IMG/VR virus record: IMGVR_UViG_3300017658_000253
Coordinates: 1 to 44,810 of that record
Source of the DNA: a virus
Lineage: Duplodnaviria; Caudoviricetes
DNA length: 44,810 nucleotides
Strand: one strand, 5' to 3'
A program made the translations under genes and the position numbers. Below the pieces are notes generated by a model. It did no database searches and had not been told where the DNA came from. It worked only from the letters and a program-made list of their open reading frames with translations. The first letter of the stretch is position 1, and every line of letters begins with the position of its first letter. Of the stretch, positions 1-8,766 are shown in pieces.

Positions 1-1110
1 TTATCGCCCATTCCGGCGAGGTTCGAACGTGATGCCCTGACACGTGGATAAGAGGCTAGTTGGAGAAAAGCGGCCTATTGAGTGCGCTGCGTATTTCCAA
101 TCGGCCTCAACTGCGAGCCATTTACGTCCGAGATCCTCGGCAACCGCGCCGGTCGTGTTGCTTCCCGCAAATGGGTCGAGAACCATGTCGCCCTCGTCGG
201 TAAGAAACCGTACAAAAAAGTCCACCAGACTCCTTGGCATTCTCGCTGGGTGAACCTGAGTTCCTTGATCGAGGCAAAATTTGCGATAGCCATCGCTTGA
301 TACTGTGTTGGCAGCCCTTATTAGGTTCGTGGCTCCCTGAAACTCAGAGACAAGTTGCAGGGTTTGTTCGAACTGTTCTTGCGAAATCACTCCGTCGATC
401 GGCGGAATGCCGTCAACATCACCAACATTTGGCGGGATCGCCCCCTTGTTGTCGGTCTTAAAGCTCTCTGCCCCAATATTGTGAGCTGAGGGCCGTGGCC
501 CGGAGTTGTACTTTCCAGACTTGATCAATCGCTTCATGCTGGGACTGTATTCGCGCAGAACTTTTCGATTGTCGGCTTTCGGCCGCTCGTTCGGTGACAT
601 CCACCAAATGCGTGTGAACGCATCTTTGACTCTAGATCGTTCTTTATTGACCCATTCTACAGGTGACGGAAGACGTGCAGGGTTGTACCAAATGAATTCT
701 TGGCAAAGATGTAAATCACCCTTTTCCAGAAAGTTCAGAAAAGCCTTCATAACGTGAACTGACATTACGGGACGACCAGGCATCCACGCGTTGCCGATTT
801 CAATTACAATCGACCCGTCTTCGGTCACCATATCGCGCAAAATCGGCGCAAAATCGGCGAACCATTCAACGTATTCATCCTGCGTTCGATTTCCGTAGGC
901 TTTCTTAGTGTTTAACGGGAATGGTGGTGAGGTCATCACAAGTTGAACCTGGCCTGCATATTTTTTTACAGGTTTGGTGCGAAGAACGTCCTCGGACTGC
1001 CCCAGATACATTTCACCAAGCTTGGTGGAATAGACGGGCAAAGAAGCATCATGCGCAACTGGTCGGTCAGCCACGATACTCGCTGTGTGTGTTTCAAACC
1101 AATCAGACAT
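1..1110 (-). CDS. Site-specific DNA methyltransferase, beta class, M.PvuII-like (probably N4-cytosine)
   Basis: N-terminal TSPPF catalytic motif, HPARMP, C-terminal LDPFAGSNTTG SAM motif; ATG at 1110 preceded by purine-rich RBS; visibly lower GC than the backbone. Confidence 0.9.
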   Translation of the reverse strand: MSDWFETHTASIVADRPVAHDASLPVYSTKLGEMYLGQSEDVLRTKPVKKYAGQVQLVMTSPPFPLNTKKAYGNRTQDEYVEWFADFAPILRDMVTEDGSIVIEIGNAWMPGRPVMSVHVMKAFLNFLEKGDLHLCQEFIWYNPARLPSPVEWVNKERSRVKDAFTRIWWMSPNERPKADNRKVLREYSPSMKRLIKSGKYNSGPRPSAHNIGAESFKTDNKGAIPPNVGDVDGIPPIDGVISQEQFEQTLQLVSEFQGATNLIRAANTVSSDGYRKFCLDQGTQVHPARMPRSLVDFFVRFLTDEGDMVLDPFAGSNTTGAVAEDLGRKWLAVEADWKYAAHSIGRFSPTSLLSTCQGITFEPRRNGR

Positions 1111-1169
1111 TCCTAGCTTCCTTTCTGGTATTCCGCCTACCATATTATCGAATTCATTCGCCAGCCACC

Positions 1170-1574
1170 TCAAAACCTAGAGTTCCACTCAACGGCACCG
1201 TCAAGTGTCTGGTCTTCCCACTCAATTGGAAATGGTTCCAGAATCCGCGCCAGTGTCATTTCGGCCCCTTGCCGCCCGTCGAGGATAGTCTGAACTACTT
1301 CCGGCGCGAGCAGCGTCATCCGTAGTAATCGGGTCATGTAGGACGGTGCAATACCCTCATGCGCAGCCAACTCGGCGACTGTCGCGAACGCGCCTGTTTC
1401 GAGCATTCGTTTCCACCGGAAGGCGCGGGCCAGCGCCTTGACCAGTGTGCTGTCGGTCCGCCGCCGCTGGGGCGCGCCTTCGGGCAGCTGCATCTCCTTG
1501 CGCCCGCCGCGCTTTACCAGTCGGAACCGGATTCGCACTGTCACCGTTTCCGGCGTTGGCTTCGCACGGTTCAT
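1170..1574 (-). CDS. Recombinase-associated HTH-like protein
   Basis: ATGA overlap with recombinase stop; ALARAFRW...TVAELAAHEGIAPSYMTRLLR HTH-like segment typical of genes next to large serine recombinases. Confidence 0.75.
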   Translation of the reverse strand: MNRAKPTPETVTVRIRFRLVKRGGRKEMQLPEGAPQRRRTDSTLVKALARAFRWKRMLETGAFATVAELAAHEGIAPSYMTRLLRMTLLAPEVVQTILDGRQGAEMTLARILEPFPIEWEDQTLDGAVEWNSRF

Positions 1575-2878
1575 TTTGATGCTCCGAGATCTGCCAGCAT
1601 TTCGCACGCGAGCTCGGTCAACCCGTCGATGCGCAGGCGAACATCGAGGCCATCGGTGTCGATGTCGATCCGTTCGACCAGCAGCGACGCGATACGCGCC
1701 TGTTCAGCGTGGAAGAGTTCATCCCACAGTGGATCCAGACGAGTCAACGCGTCACGGGCGTCGGCCTCGGTGATCCCGTCGCCCTGCGGCCGCGCTGCCT
1801 TCCATGTGCCCGCGATAATCTCGGGCTGGCGGAAGACGGCACGCAGTTGGTCGATGACGGCGGCCTCGATCTCGCCAGCAGGCACGCGGCCGATGGGACA
1901 CGCCCCGGCGCCGTGCTTCAGGACCGTCTGGCTGACATAGTAGCGGTAGAGCCTGCCGCCCTTGCGGGTGTGTGTCGGCGAGAACGCGGCGCCATCGGGA
2001 CCGAAGAGAAGCCCCTTCAGCAGCGCGGGCGTGTCGGAGCGAGTCCGGGCAGCCCTCTTGCGGGGGCTCTCCTGCAGGATGGCGTGAACCTTGTCCCAAG
2101 TCTCGTGGTCGACGATCGCGTCGTGTTCGCCGGGATAGCTTTCGCCCTTGTGGACCGCCTCGCCGATGTAGGCGCGGTTGGACAGCATCCGGTAGAGGTA
2201 CTTCTTGTCGATCCGATTGCCGCGTGGCGTGGCAATGCCCCGCGCGCCGACCTCGCGGGCCAGAACCGTGCAGGAGCCGATCTCGATGAAGCGGGCGAAG
2301 ATCCAGCGGACATGTGCTGCGGAATCTTCGTCGACCAGCAGCTTCCGGTTCTCGACCCGATAGCCGTAGGGCGGCACGCCGCCCATCCACATGCCCTTCT
2401 TGCGGCTGGCGGCAACCTTGTCGCGGATGCGCTCGGCCGTCACCTCGCGTTCGAACTGGGCGAAGGACAGCAGGATGTTCAGCGTCAGCCGCCCCATGGA
2501 CGTGGTCGTGTTGAACGACTGCGTCACCGAGACGAAGGTCACCCCGTTCCGGTCAAACACCTCGACCAGCTTGGCGAAGTCAGCCAGCGAGCGGCTGAGC
2601 CTGTCAATCTTGTAAACCACCACCACATCGGCCAGCCCGTCCTCGATATCGGCCATCAACCGCTTCAGGCCGGGGCGCTCCAGCGTCCCGCCGGAGATGC
2701 CGCCGTCGTCATACTGATCGCGCACCAGCACCCAGCCCTCGGACCGCTGGCTGGCGATGTAGGCTTCGCAGGCCTCCCGCTGGGCATGGAGCGAGTTGAA
2801 CTCCTGCTCCAGCCCTTCTTCCGAGGATTTCCGGGTATAGATCGCGCAGCGGAGCTTGCGGATGATGGGCTTCGTCAT
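1571..2878 (-). CDS. Large serine recombinase (integrase)
   Basis: CAIYTRKSS catalytic Ser, YDDGGISG, VYKIDRLSR, FAQFERE, recombinase domain (PYGY; YIG...HDAIVD). Confidence 0.95.
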   Translation of the reverse strand: MTKPIIRKLRCAIYTRKSSEEGLEQEFNSLHAQREACEAYIASQRSEGWVLVRDQYDDGGISGGTLERPGLKRLMADIEDGLADVVVVYKIDRLSRSLADFAKLVEVFDRNGVTFVSVTQSFNTTTSMGRLTLNILLSFAQFEREVTAERIRDKVAASRKKGMWMGGVPPYGYRVENRKLLVDEDSAAHVRWIFARFIEIGSCTVLAREVGARGIATPRGNRIDKKYLYRMLSNRAYIGEAVHKGESYPGEHDAIVDHETWDKVHAILQESPRKRAARTRSDTPALLKGLLFGPDGAAFSPTHTRKGGRLYRYYVSQTVLKHGAGACPIGRVPAGEIEAAVIDQLRAVFRQPEIIAGTWKAARPQGDGITEADARDALTRLDPLWDELFHAEQARIASLLVERIDIDTDGLDVRLRIDGLTELACEMLADLGASK

Positions 2879-3327
2879 GTCCGCCCCCTGTGGTTCTTGA
2901 GGCCGAAGAAGACCCAGCCATTCCAGCGGGTCCCGGTGATGGCGCGCGCGATGGCAGAAAGGGACTGATAGGGCCGCCCCTGCCAATCGTAGCCGTCGGC
3001 GGTGACCGTTACGATATATTCGACACCCTGCCATTCGCGCAGCAGGCGTGTGCCGGTGATCGGTTTCAGATCGTTGCGGATCCGGCGCTTGGCGGGGCTG
3101 CTCCCGTCGAGTTCCTCGCCCAGCTGTTCCAGGCGCCGGATGGTCTCGGGCTTCAGGCCGCCATAGGCCAGTTCCTGGATCCGATAAGCCAATCTGCTTT
3201 CCAGATAGCGCCGGTTGAACGGCGGCGGCTCGCTGTCGAACAGCTCCCGCCATTGCTGCTTCAGCTCAGGCGTCGTCGTGGTTTTCAGCGCCGCCAGCCG
3301 CGCTGGGATGGGATCTTGCGTGTTCAT
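2875..3327 (-). CDS. DUF2924 domain protein
   Basis: LAYRIQELAYGGL, GTRLLREWQG, SLSAIARAITGTRWNGWVFFGL; AAGGAGG RBS; ATGA overlap with recombinase. Confidence 0.9.
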   Translation of the reverse strand: MNTQDPIPARLAALKTTTTPELKQQWRELFDSEPPPFNRRYLESRLAYRIQELAYGGLKPETIRRLEQLGEELDGSSPAKRRIRNDLKPITGTRLLREWQGVEYIVTVTADGYDWQGRPYQSLSAIARAITGTRWNGWVFFGLKNHRGRT

Positions 3328-3551
3328 GCGTCCTCCTTGTGAGTCGGAGTTGCATGACGGCATTGGTCGGCCGGAGAGTGTAGGCAAGTTTCTCCGGCAT
3401 CGGCCGAAGGACGGTCGCGCTCTCGCATCCTCAGCCGCACCAGCCCAAGCGCCAGAAGCCCGCAGATTTCCTGACGGCGTTCCGCTGCTGTCATTCGGCC
3501 AGGAGGCAGCGGGTTCGACCCGATCCGTGTGGTGTTCATCGTGTTTCGCAT
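3324..3551 (-). CDS. Small hypothetical protein, first gene of the recombinase cassette
   Basis: NPLPPGRMTAAERRQEICGLLALGLVRL; ATGA overlap with DUF2924 gene; start may be the second Met. Confidence 0.7.
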   Translation of the reverse strand: MRNTMNTTRIGSNPLPPGRMTAAERRQEICGLLALGLVRLRMRERDRPSADAGETCLHSPADQCRHATPTHKEDA

Positions 3552-3641
3552 GAGGAAACGCTACCCGCGCGCACCAAGAAAACAATTACTTTCAGGTGCT
3601 TAATGGAGTTCTGCGTAACTCTGCGGTGTTCTTGGGATGCG

Positions 3642-4988
3642 CTATCCTAGCCGATGGACGACGAACAGCTCCTCGAAGAATGACTTCACAAGCTCGTCGA
3701 CAGATTTCTGCATCGAACCCTTCGGGCGGGAGAATTCCGAGCCCCCGAACCGAAACACCTCGTAGCCGCGGAGGCGAAGGTTTCGATCAGCCGCAACCAT
3801 TTCGGCGTACAGACCGGGATCGGCGTGCTCACCTTTCGCATAGTGGTGCTTGCCGTCAATCTCGAGGACGATCCTCTGTCGGCCAGGCAAGAGCATCAGA
3901 AAGTCCATGCGTTGCCGGAACAGAACGCGTTTGTCCGCGAGACGCCTCGCGATCTCCGAATCGTAGTGCAGGTAGACCTGCGGGATGAGCGCCGGCAGCC
4001 GGTCTCCAAGCCGCTCAGCGAAATTGCGGAAGTACGCCTTGAAGAATTCCTGCTCTGGACCGTCGTCAAGCGAGGCAAGTAGACGCCGCCCGAGGCTGGT
4101 GCGTGCCTCTGCGAGGTCGGCGAGCCCCTTTTGCTCCATCCACCAACGGACCAGGTCGAGCCAGGACAACCCATTGCCGATGGGGCGCTCGTAAATGAGG
4201 CAGCTATCGGCATGCTCGAGCACGACGACTTCGTTGTCGATCGCATCCGAAAACCCGAGCCTCGGCTTTGGTCCGTTGGAAGCGAAGATCAGGTTCTTCG
4301 GCCGCCCGTCGACGCCGCGGCGAACGGGGCGTACCGAGAATGTTGCGCGGCCCGAGACCTCTCCTGTCTGAGCAACCTCGTAACCGTCGAGCTGCAGGAT
4401 GCGGGTCAAATCGGCTGCCAGCGCCGCCTGGTCGTCGGCATCACGAAACCGGGGATCCAGAGCGGTCTCAATCAGCTGCGCAAACCTCCTCGAAGGACAT
4501 GCTATTGCCCCGATGAATTCGAAGACCTCCTTCGCATTCCACAACGGGGCCGCGCCAGTCGCGTATTGTCTGAGCTCCTCGGTCTTGGTGGGACCCTGGA
4601 AGAAGTCGGCGGGCGAACTCAGATCAAAGAGCCCCTCGATCACGTCCGCACGAATGCCTTGTCCATGGATCCCCACACCAAGGCGATCGGCCACTCGGTC
4701 GCGAGTGATCGCGGAGATTTCCGGCTGGTCCTTGTCTTGCAGGAGATACACCCTGTCCTGCAGGCCAATATCCCGCCGTTCTCGCGCAAACTCGAGAACC
4801 AGATCCAGCGCATTTGCTCGTGAAAGGCTCGCAAGCGTATTCTGCGCGACCGTCTTCTTGCTGGTCCCTTCTGCGAGTGGGACGTCGCGTCTGGAGAAGA
4901 ACGCCTCGATATCGACGGCCCTCATGGCATCCCGAAAGCAGCAGCCCGCGAGTTCGAGAAGATCATCCAAGTCTCCGTCACCTGCCAT
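3642..4988 (-). CDS. AbiJ-related N-terminal domain fused to a Vsr/DUF559-like endonuclease; putative defence protein
   Basis: C-terminal RMDFL...LEIDGKHHY...DRNLRLRGYEVFRF nuclease motif; KNLIFAS...PKP segment; starts 2 bp after the repressor stop. Confidence 0.7.
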   Translation of the reverse strand: MAGDGDLDDLLELAGCCFRDAMRAVDIEAFFSRRDVPLAEGTSKKTVAQNTLASLSRANALDLVLEFARERRDIGLQDRVYLLQDKDQPEISAITRDRVADRLGVGIHGQGIRADVIEGLFDLSSPADFFQGPTKTEELRQYATGAAPLWNAKEVFEFIGAIACPSRRFAQLIETALDPRFRDADDQAALAADLTRILQLDGYEVAQTGEVSGRATFSVRPVRRGVDGRPKNLIFASNGPKPRLGFSDAIDNEVVVLEHADSCLIYERPIGNGLSWLDLVRWWMEQKGLADLAEARTSLGRRLLASLDDGPEQEFFKAYFRNFAERLGDRLPALIPQVYLHYDSEIARRLADKRVLFRQRMDFLMLLPGRQRIVLEIDGKHHYAKGEHADPGLYAEMVAADRNLRLRGYEVFRFGGSEFSRPKGSMQKSVDELVKSFFEELFVVHRLG

Positions 4989-4990
4989 GA

Positions 4991-5668
4991 CTATATCTCC
5001 CGTGCAAACCAACGGACGCGGCCGACGATATGAATATCCTCGGCCGCTCGTTCATATTCCGGATAGAGCCTGTTGTCCGATATGACCCGCACCGCGGGGG
5101 GATTGCTGTTCGGAACATGCTCAAGCCGTTTGGCGACGAGCCCTATTCCATCGTCGATCACGAATATTCCGGGCGGGTTCGGCTCGCAGCGCGTCATGTC
5201 GACCAGAACGGTATCGCCGTCGAGCAAGGTGGGTACCATGCCGTCGCCCCTCACATGCACCATGCGCAGTTGCGAAGGGCTGGCATTCAGGCTCTGCCGT
5301 ATCCAGGCCCGGCGGAAATGATAGGCGCGGTCGGCCGTATCCATCCGGTCCTCGGCCTCTCCTCCGCCGCTCAGCGATGGCCCGGCGTTAGCATAGGCGA
5401 TCGAAACGAACGCCTCATCGGGATTGTCGATGAAGGGCGAGACCCCCTCGACCTCACCGATCCCATGGATCAGCCAGTCGCGATCGACCTTCAGAACCTT
5501 GGCGATCTCACCGAGATTTCCGACGGCGGGCCGCGTCGAGCGGCCGCGAAGGATGTCATAGACGAAGGATCGGTTGACCCCGGCCATCTCCGCCACATGG
5601 GCCGGGCTCAGGCCAAGCTGAAGGGCTCGCGCCCGGAGGCGATCGGAAAGCGTGTGGTGCTCGGCCAT
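4991..5668 (-). CDS. cI: CI/LexA-like repressor (HTH + S24 peptidase domain)
   Basis: N-terminal HTH (AHVAEMAGVNRSFVYDILRG); VRGDGMVP...GDTVLVD, AKRL, SDN, IVGRV; divergent from the early genes. Confidence 0.92.
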   Translation of the reverse strand: MAEHHTLSDRLRARALQLGLSPAHVAEMAGVNRSFVYDILRGRSTRPAVGNLGEIAKVLKVDRDWLIHGIGEVEGVSPFIDNPDEAFVSIAYANAGPSLSGGGEAEDRMDTADRAYHFRRAWIRQSLNASPSQLRMVHVRGDGMVPTLLDGDTVLVDMTRCEPNPPGIFVIDDGIGLVAKRLEHVPNSNPPAVRVISDNRLYPEYERAAEDIHIVGRVRWFAREI

Positions 5669-5780
5669 CTTATCCCCCGGATATTTGTGGATTAAATAGG
5701 ACAAGACAGGATTGAACCGGCTGCGTCAAGTGAATAGGATCAAGGACTAACATCCAGGGGCGGGATGCGGAGGGGCGCGG
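5669..5780. promoter_or_regulatory. Divergent immunity control region with phased GGA repeats (putative operators)
   Basis: AT-richer gap between divergent genes; GGA starts at 5679, 5689, 5699 and 5709. Confidence 0.55.
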
Positions 5781-6464
5781 GTGCATATCGACAAGTTGTA
5801 TTTCACGCTGCCCGAGGTGCTTGAGCGCTGGGATATGCCCGAAGATACCCTGATCTATCTTGCGGTGAACGATAAGCTGCGCCTTTCAATCCAAGTGTTC
5901 GGCGTGCCGATGGAGTTCGGAGACTATGCCGAAGACGCTGATGGTAAGCCGTTCCTTTTGCGGACAAACCAGACCTGTTTTAACGGCCTGCTCGATCTCC
6001 ACGCCCGAGATGTCTACCAGCTGTTTCGTTGCGGCGAGATCCCTCTGGAAAGCTTTCGCACCCCGCGCGCGGACTACGCAACGACATGGGGTGACGCCCC
6101 GGCAGTCCTGACCCTGATCGGAGATTTGCTACTAAGACGCGAAGAACGCGACAGATTCGAGGCAGAGAACGGCTTCAAGGCCGACGGAACGCCAATTGAC
6201 GATGACGGGTTTGCCTTCCTGCCCGACAATCAGGAAGTGCGTTGCAAGGGACACAGGTTCAAGCTGGGACCGATCCAGACCGAGGTCGTCCGCGTGCTGC
6301 ATGTGGCGGCCCTCGAAGGTGAGCCCTGGCAGGCCGGCAAGACCATCCTCGCGCTGGCGCGATCGAAAAGCATGCGCATGGCCGATGTCTTCAAGTCGCA
6401 GAAGAATTGGCGGGATCTGATCCTGTCCGATGGTCGCGGCAAGTATCGCCTGAACCTCGACTGA
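5781..6464 (+). CDS. Phage hypothetical protein with C-terminal winged-helix-like domain (putative regulator)
   Basis: GTG start with GGAGG RBS; N-terminal YFTLPEVLERW; C-terminal LGPIQTEVVRVL...GRGKYRL resembles an OmpR-type wHTH. Confidence 0.7.
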   Translation: MHIDKLYFTLPEVLERWDMPEDTLIYLAVNDKLRLSIQVFGVPMEFGDYAEDADGKPFLLRTNQTCFNGLLDLHARDVYQLFRCGEIPLESFRTPRADYATTWGDAPAVLTLIGDLLLRREERDRFEAENGFKADGTPIDDDGFAFLPDNQEVRCKGHRFKLGPIQTEVVRVLHVAALEGEPWQAGKTILALARSKSMRMADVFKSQKNWRDLILSDGRGKYRLNLD

Positions 6465-6486
6465 AGCGCCGCTCTCACCCCCTCGC

Positions 6487-6601
6487 GGGGGATCGGCGGG
6501 GGATGGAGGGGGATGGGATTCCGCTCGTCTCACGCGACGCCCCGGCCTGTATGGCCCTCCTGATCCCCCTCCGTATCCCCCGCCAGTCCTGACGACATCC
6601 C
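6487..6601. repeat. GGGGGAT direct repeats and inverted ATCCCCC copies upstream of the early operon
   Basis: GGGGGAT at 6487, 6498, 6508; ATCCCCC at 6563, 6575. Confidence 0.8.
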
Positions 6602-6652
6602 ACAGCAGAATTTCGCAAACTCTCCCCAACGACCATGTTGAGGAGATCACCG

Positions 6653-6970
6653 ATGCTGCAGCAGCACTGTCTGAACCAGAAGGAATTGGCCCGGCGTTGG
6701 GGCATTTCCCACCGGACGCTTGAACGCTGGCGCTATTGCGGCCAGGGGCCCGCCTTTCTCAAGCTGGGCGGACGCGTTCTGTACCGGCGCAGCGAAATCG
6801 ATGCCTTCGAGCAGAGCCAGCTGAGCCGCGCACTTGCCGTAAGCAATGCCATCGACAAGCATTCCGGAGCCCAAGGGCGGCGGCTGACCGCAATCCCGCA
6901 AGGCCAACCGAACCGCACCCTTCCGGCCCGCATCGGGGCCTTTGGGACGATCTCGCAGCTGCCTCAGTAG
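6653..6970 (+). CDS. AlpA/excisionase-like HTH protein
   Basis: LNQKELARRWGISHRTLERWR...GPAFLKLGGRVLY; AGGAG RBS. Confidence 0.88.
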   Translation: MLQQHCLNQKELARRWGISHRTLERWRYCGQGPAFLKLGGRVLYRRSEIDAFEQSQLSRALAVSNAIDKHSGAQGRRLTAIPQGQPNRTLPARIGAFGTISQLPQ

Positions 6971-6994
6971 AGGTAAAGCAAGGAGATCGCCTTC

Positions 6995-7342
6995 ATGCGC
7001 CCCACACCCATCATCACCGCCCGCGCCACCCGCCCGCTCTCGGAGATCGAGTTCAGCGCCTGGGTCGCGCAGGCGCTCCCCGGCGACCGGCTGGAATATC
7101 ATCGCGGTTTCCTGGTGATCGACACCTTCCCGACCCTCTCGCGTCTGGCCGATGCCGAGCGCAGCGCCCTGATCAAGCTCGGCTCGCGCGCCTTCTCGGC
7201 CGCCGGACAGGGTCTCGTGCATCTGCTTCAGAAACGGCTCGGGCCTGACCAGTTCGCCTATCTCGCGATCGCCCGGCCGAGGCCCCAGCCAAGCGACGTC
7301 TCGCTCTCCGAACTGCTGCTTTCCGAACAGGACGCAGCCTGA
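6995..7342 (+). CDS. Phage hypothetical protein
   Basis: AAGGAG RBS; WVAQALPGDRLEYHRGFL...GLVHLLQKR. Confidence 0.8.
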   Translation: MRPTPIITARATRPLSEIEFSAWVAQALPGDRLEYHRGFLVIDTFPTLSRLADAERSALIKLGSRAFSAAGQGLVHLLQKRLGPDQFAYLAIARPRPQPSDVSLSELLLSEQDAA

Positions 7343-7386
7343 TGCCCGCATCTCAGTTTTTCCATCCCGACCAAGGAGGCACATTG

Positions 7387-7875
7387 ATGCCATATCCCGA
7401 TAACACCCCGAAACCGGAGGATCTGCCCTCCCTCAGCGCCGCCGAGATCGCGGCCCTGCCGGTGGAACTGCTGGCCATCCTGCAGCGCGAAATCGACGAA
7501 CGCCTGAAGCAGGGCAAGGCGATGAAGTCCCGCTTCGATGCCGCGCTCGAGCACCGCTATGCCAGCCGCGCCGCTGAAAAACGTCAGCGCGCAACCAAGG
7601 ATACTGGCATTGTCCGTTTTGTGGACGGCGATTTCACGGTGGTTGCCGATCTGCCGAAACGGATCGATTGGGATCAGGACCGGCTCGCGGAAATGGTCAC
7701 GCGGATCCGCGAGGCCGGTGACGATCCGGCCGAATATGTCGATCTCTCCTACAAGGTCGCCGAGCGCAAATATGCGGCCTGGCCGGATGCGATCCGGGCC
7801 GGTTTCGAACCCGCGCGCACGGTCCGCACCGGCACGCTGAAGATCGAGATCCGCACGCTGGGAGACCAGCAATGA
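7387..7875 (+). CDS. Phage hypothetical protein (replication/recombination module)
   Basis: AAGGAGG RBS; ATGA overlap with the ATPase. Confidence 0.8.
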   Translation: MPYPDNTPKPEDLPSLSAAEIAALPVELLAILQREIDERLKQGKAMKSRFDAALEHRYASRAAEKRQRATKDTGIVRFVDGDFTVVADLPKRIDWDQDRLAEMVTRIREAGDDPAEYVDLSYKVAERKYAAWPDAIRAGFEPARTVRTGTLKIEIRTLGDQQ

Positions 7876-8747
7876 GCCTGCCGATCATCAGCGCCGATCA
7901 ACGCCTCTCCGAGCCCCGCGGTATCAAGGGCTGCATCTTCGGGAAATCCGGGATCGGGAAAACCTCGCTGCTCTGGTCCCTGAATGCTTCGACGACCCTG
8001 TTCATGGATCTCGAGGCGGGCGATCTCGCCATCGAGGGCTGGGCGGGCGACAGCATCCGGCCGCGGACCTGGACCGAATGCCGGGATTTCGCGGTCTTCA
8101 TCGGTGGGCCCAACCCGGCGCTGCGCGACGAGCAGCCCTATAGCCCGGCGCATTTCCAGGCGGTCTGCGAGCGCTTCGGGGATCCGGCGGCGCTTGACCG
8201 CTACGACACCATCTTCGTCGATTCGATCACCGTCGCCGGGCGGCTCTGCTTCGGCTGGTGCAAGGGTCAGCCCGAGGCAATGTCGGAAAAGACCGGCAAG
8301 CCGGATGTGCGCGGTGCCTATGGCCTCCATGGCCGCGAGATGATCGCCTGGCTGACCCATCTCCAGCATACGCGGGCCAAGAATGTCTGGTTCGTCGGGA
8401 TTCTCGACGAGAAGCTCGACGATTTCAATCGCAAGCTGTTCCAGCCGCAGATCGACGGCTCCAAGACCGGGCTCGAACTGCCGGGGATCGTCGATGAGGT
8501 GATCACCATGGCGGAGCTTAAATCCGAAAGTGGCGATTCCCACCGGGCTTTCGTCTGCCAGACGCTCAATCCCTGGGGTTTTCCCGCCAAGGACCGTTCC
8601 GGCCGTCTCGACCGGATCGAGGAGCCGCATCTCGGCCGCTTGATGGCGAAGATCCGCACCTCTGCCAGCCCGGCCTCGGCCCGGTTGAGCTATGCCCCGC
8701 CGCCCGCCGATTCGGCGTCGGCCGACCAAAACAATCCGCAATCCTGA
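7872..8747 (+). CDS. AAA_24 ATPase (Sak4-like single-strand annealing protein)
   Basis: Walker A GKSGIGKT, Walker B IFVDS, C-terminal AKDRSG. Confidence 0.88.
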   Translation: MSLPIISADQRLSEPRGIKGCIFGKSGIGKTSLLWSLNASTTLFMDLEAGDLAIEGWAGDSIRPRTWTECRDFAVFIGGPNPALRDEQPYSPAHFQAVCERFGDPAALDRYDTIFVDSITVAGRLCFGWCKGQPEAMSEKTGKPDVRGAYGLHGREMIAWLTHLQHTRAKNVWFVGILDEKLDDFNRKLFQPQIDGSKTGLELPGIVDEVITMAELKSESGDSHRAFVCQTLNPWGFPAKDRSGRLDRIEEPHLGRLMAKIRTSASPASARLSYAPPPADSASADQNNPQS

Positions 8748-8766
8748 CTAGACAAGGAGAATCCCC

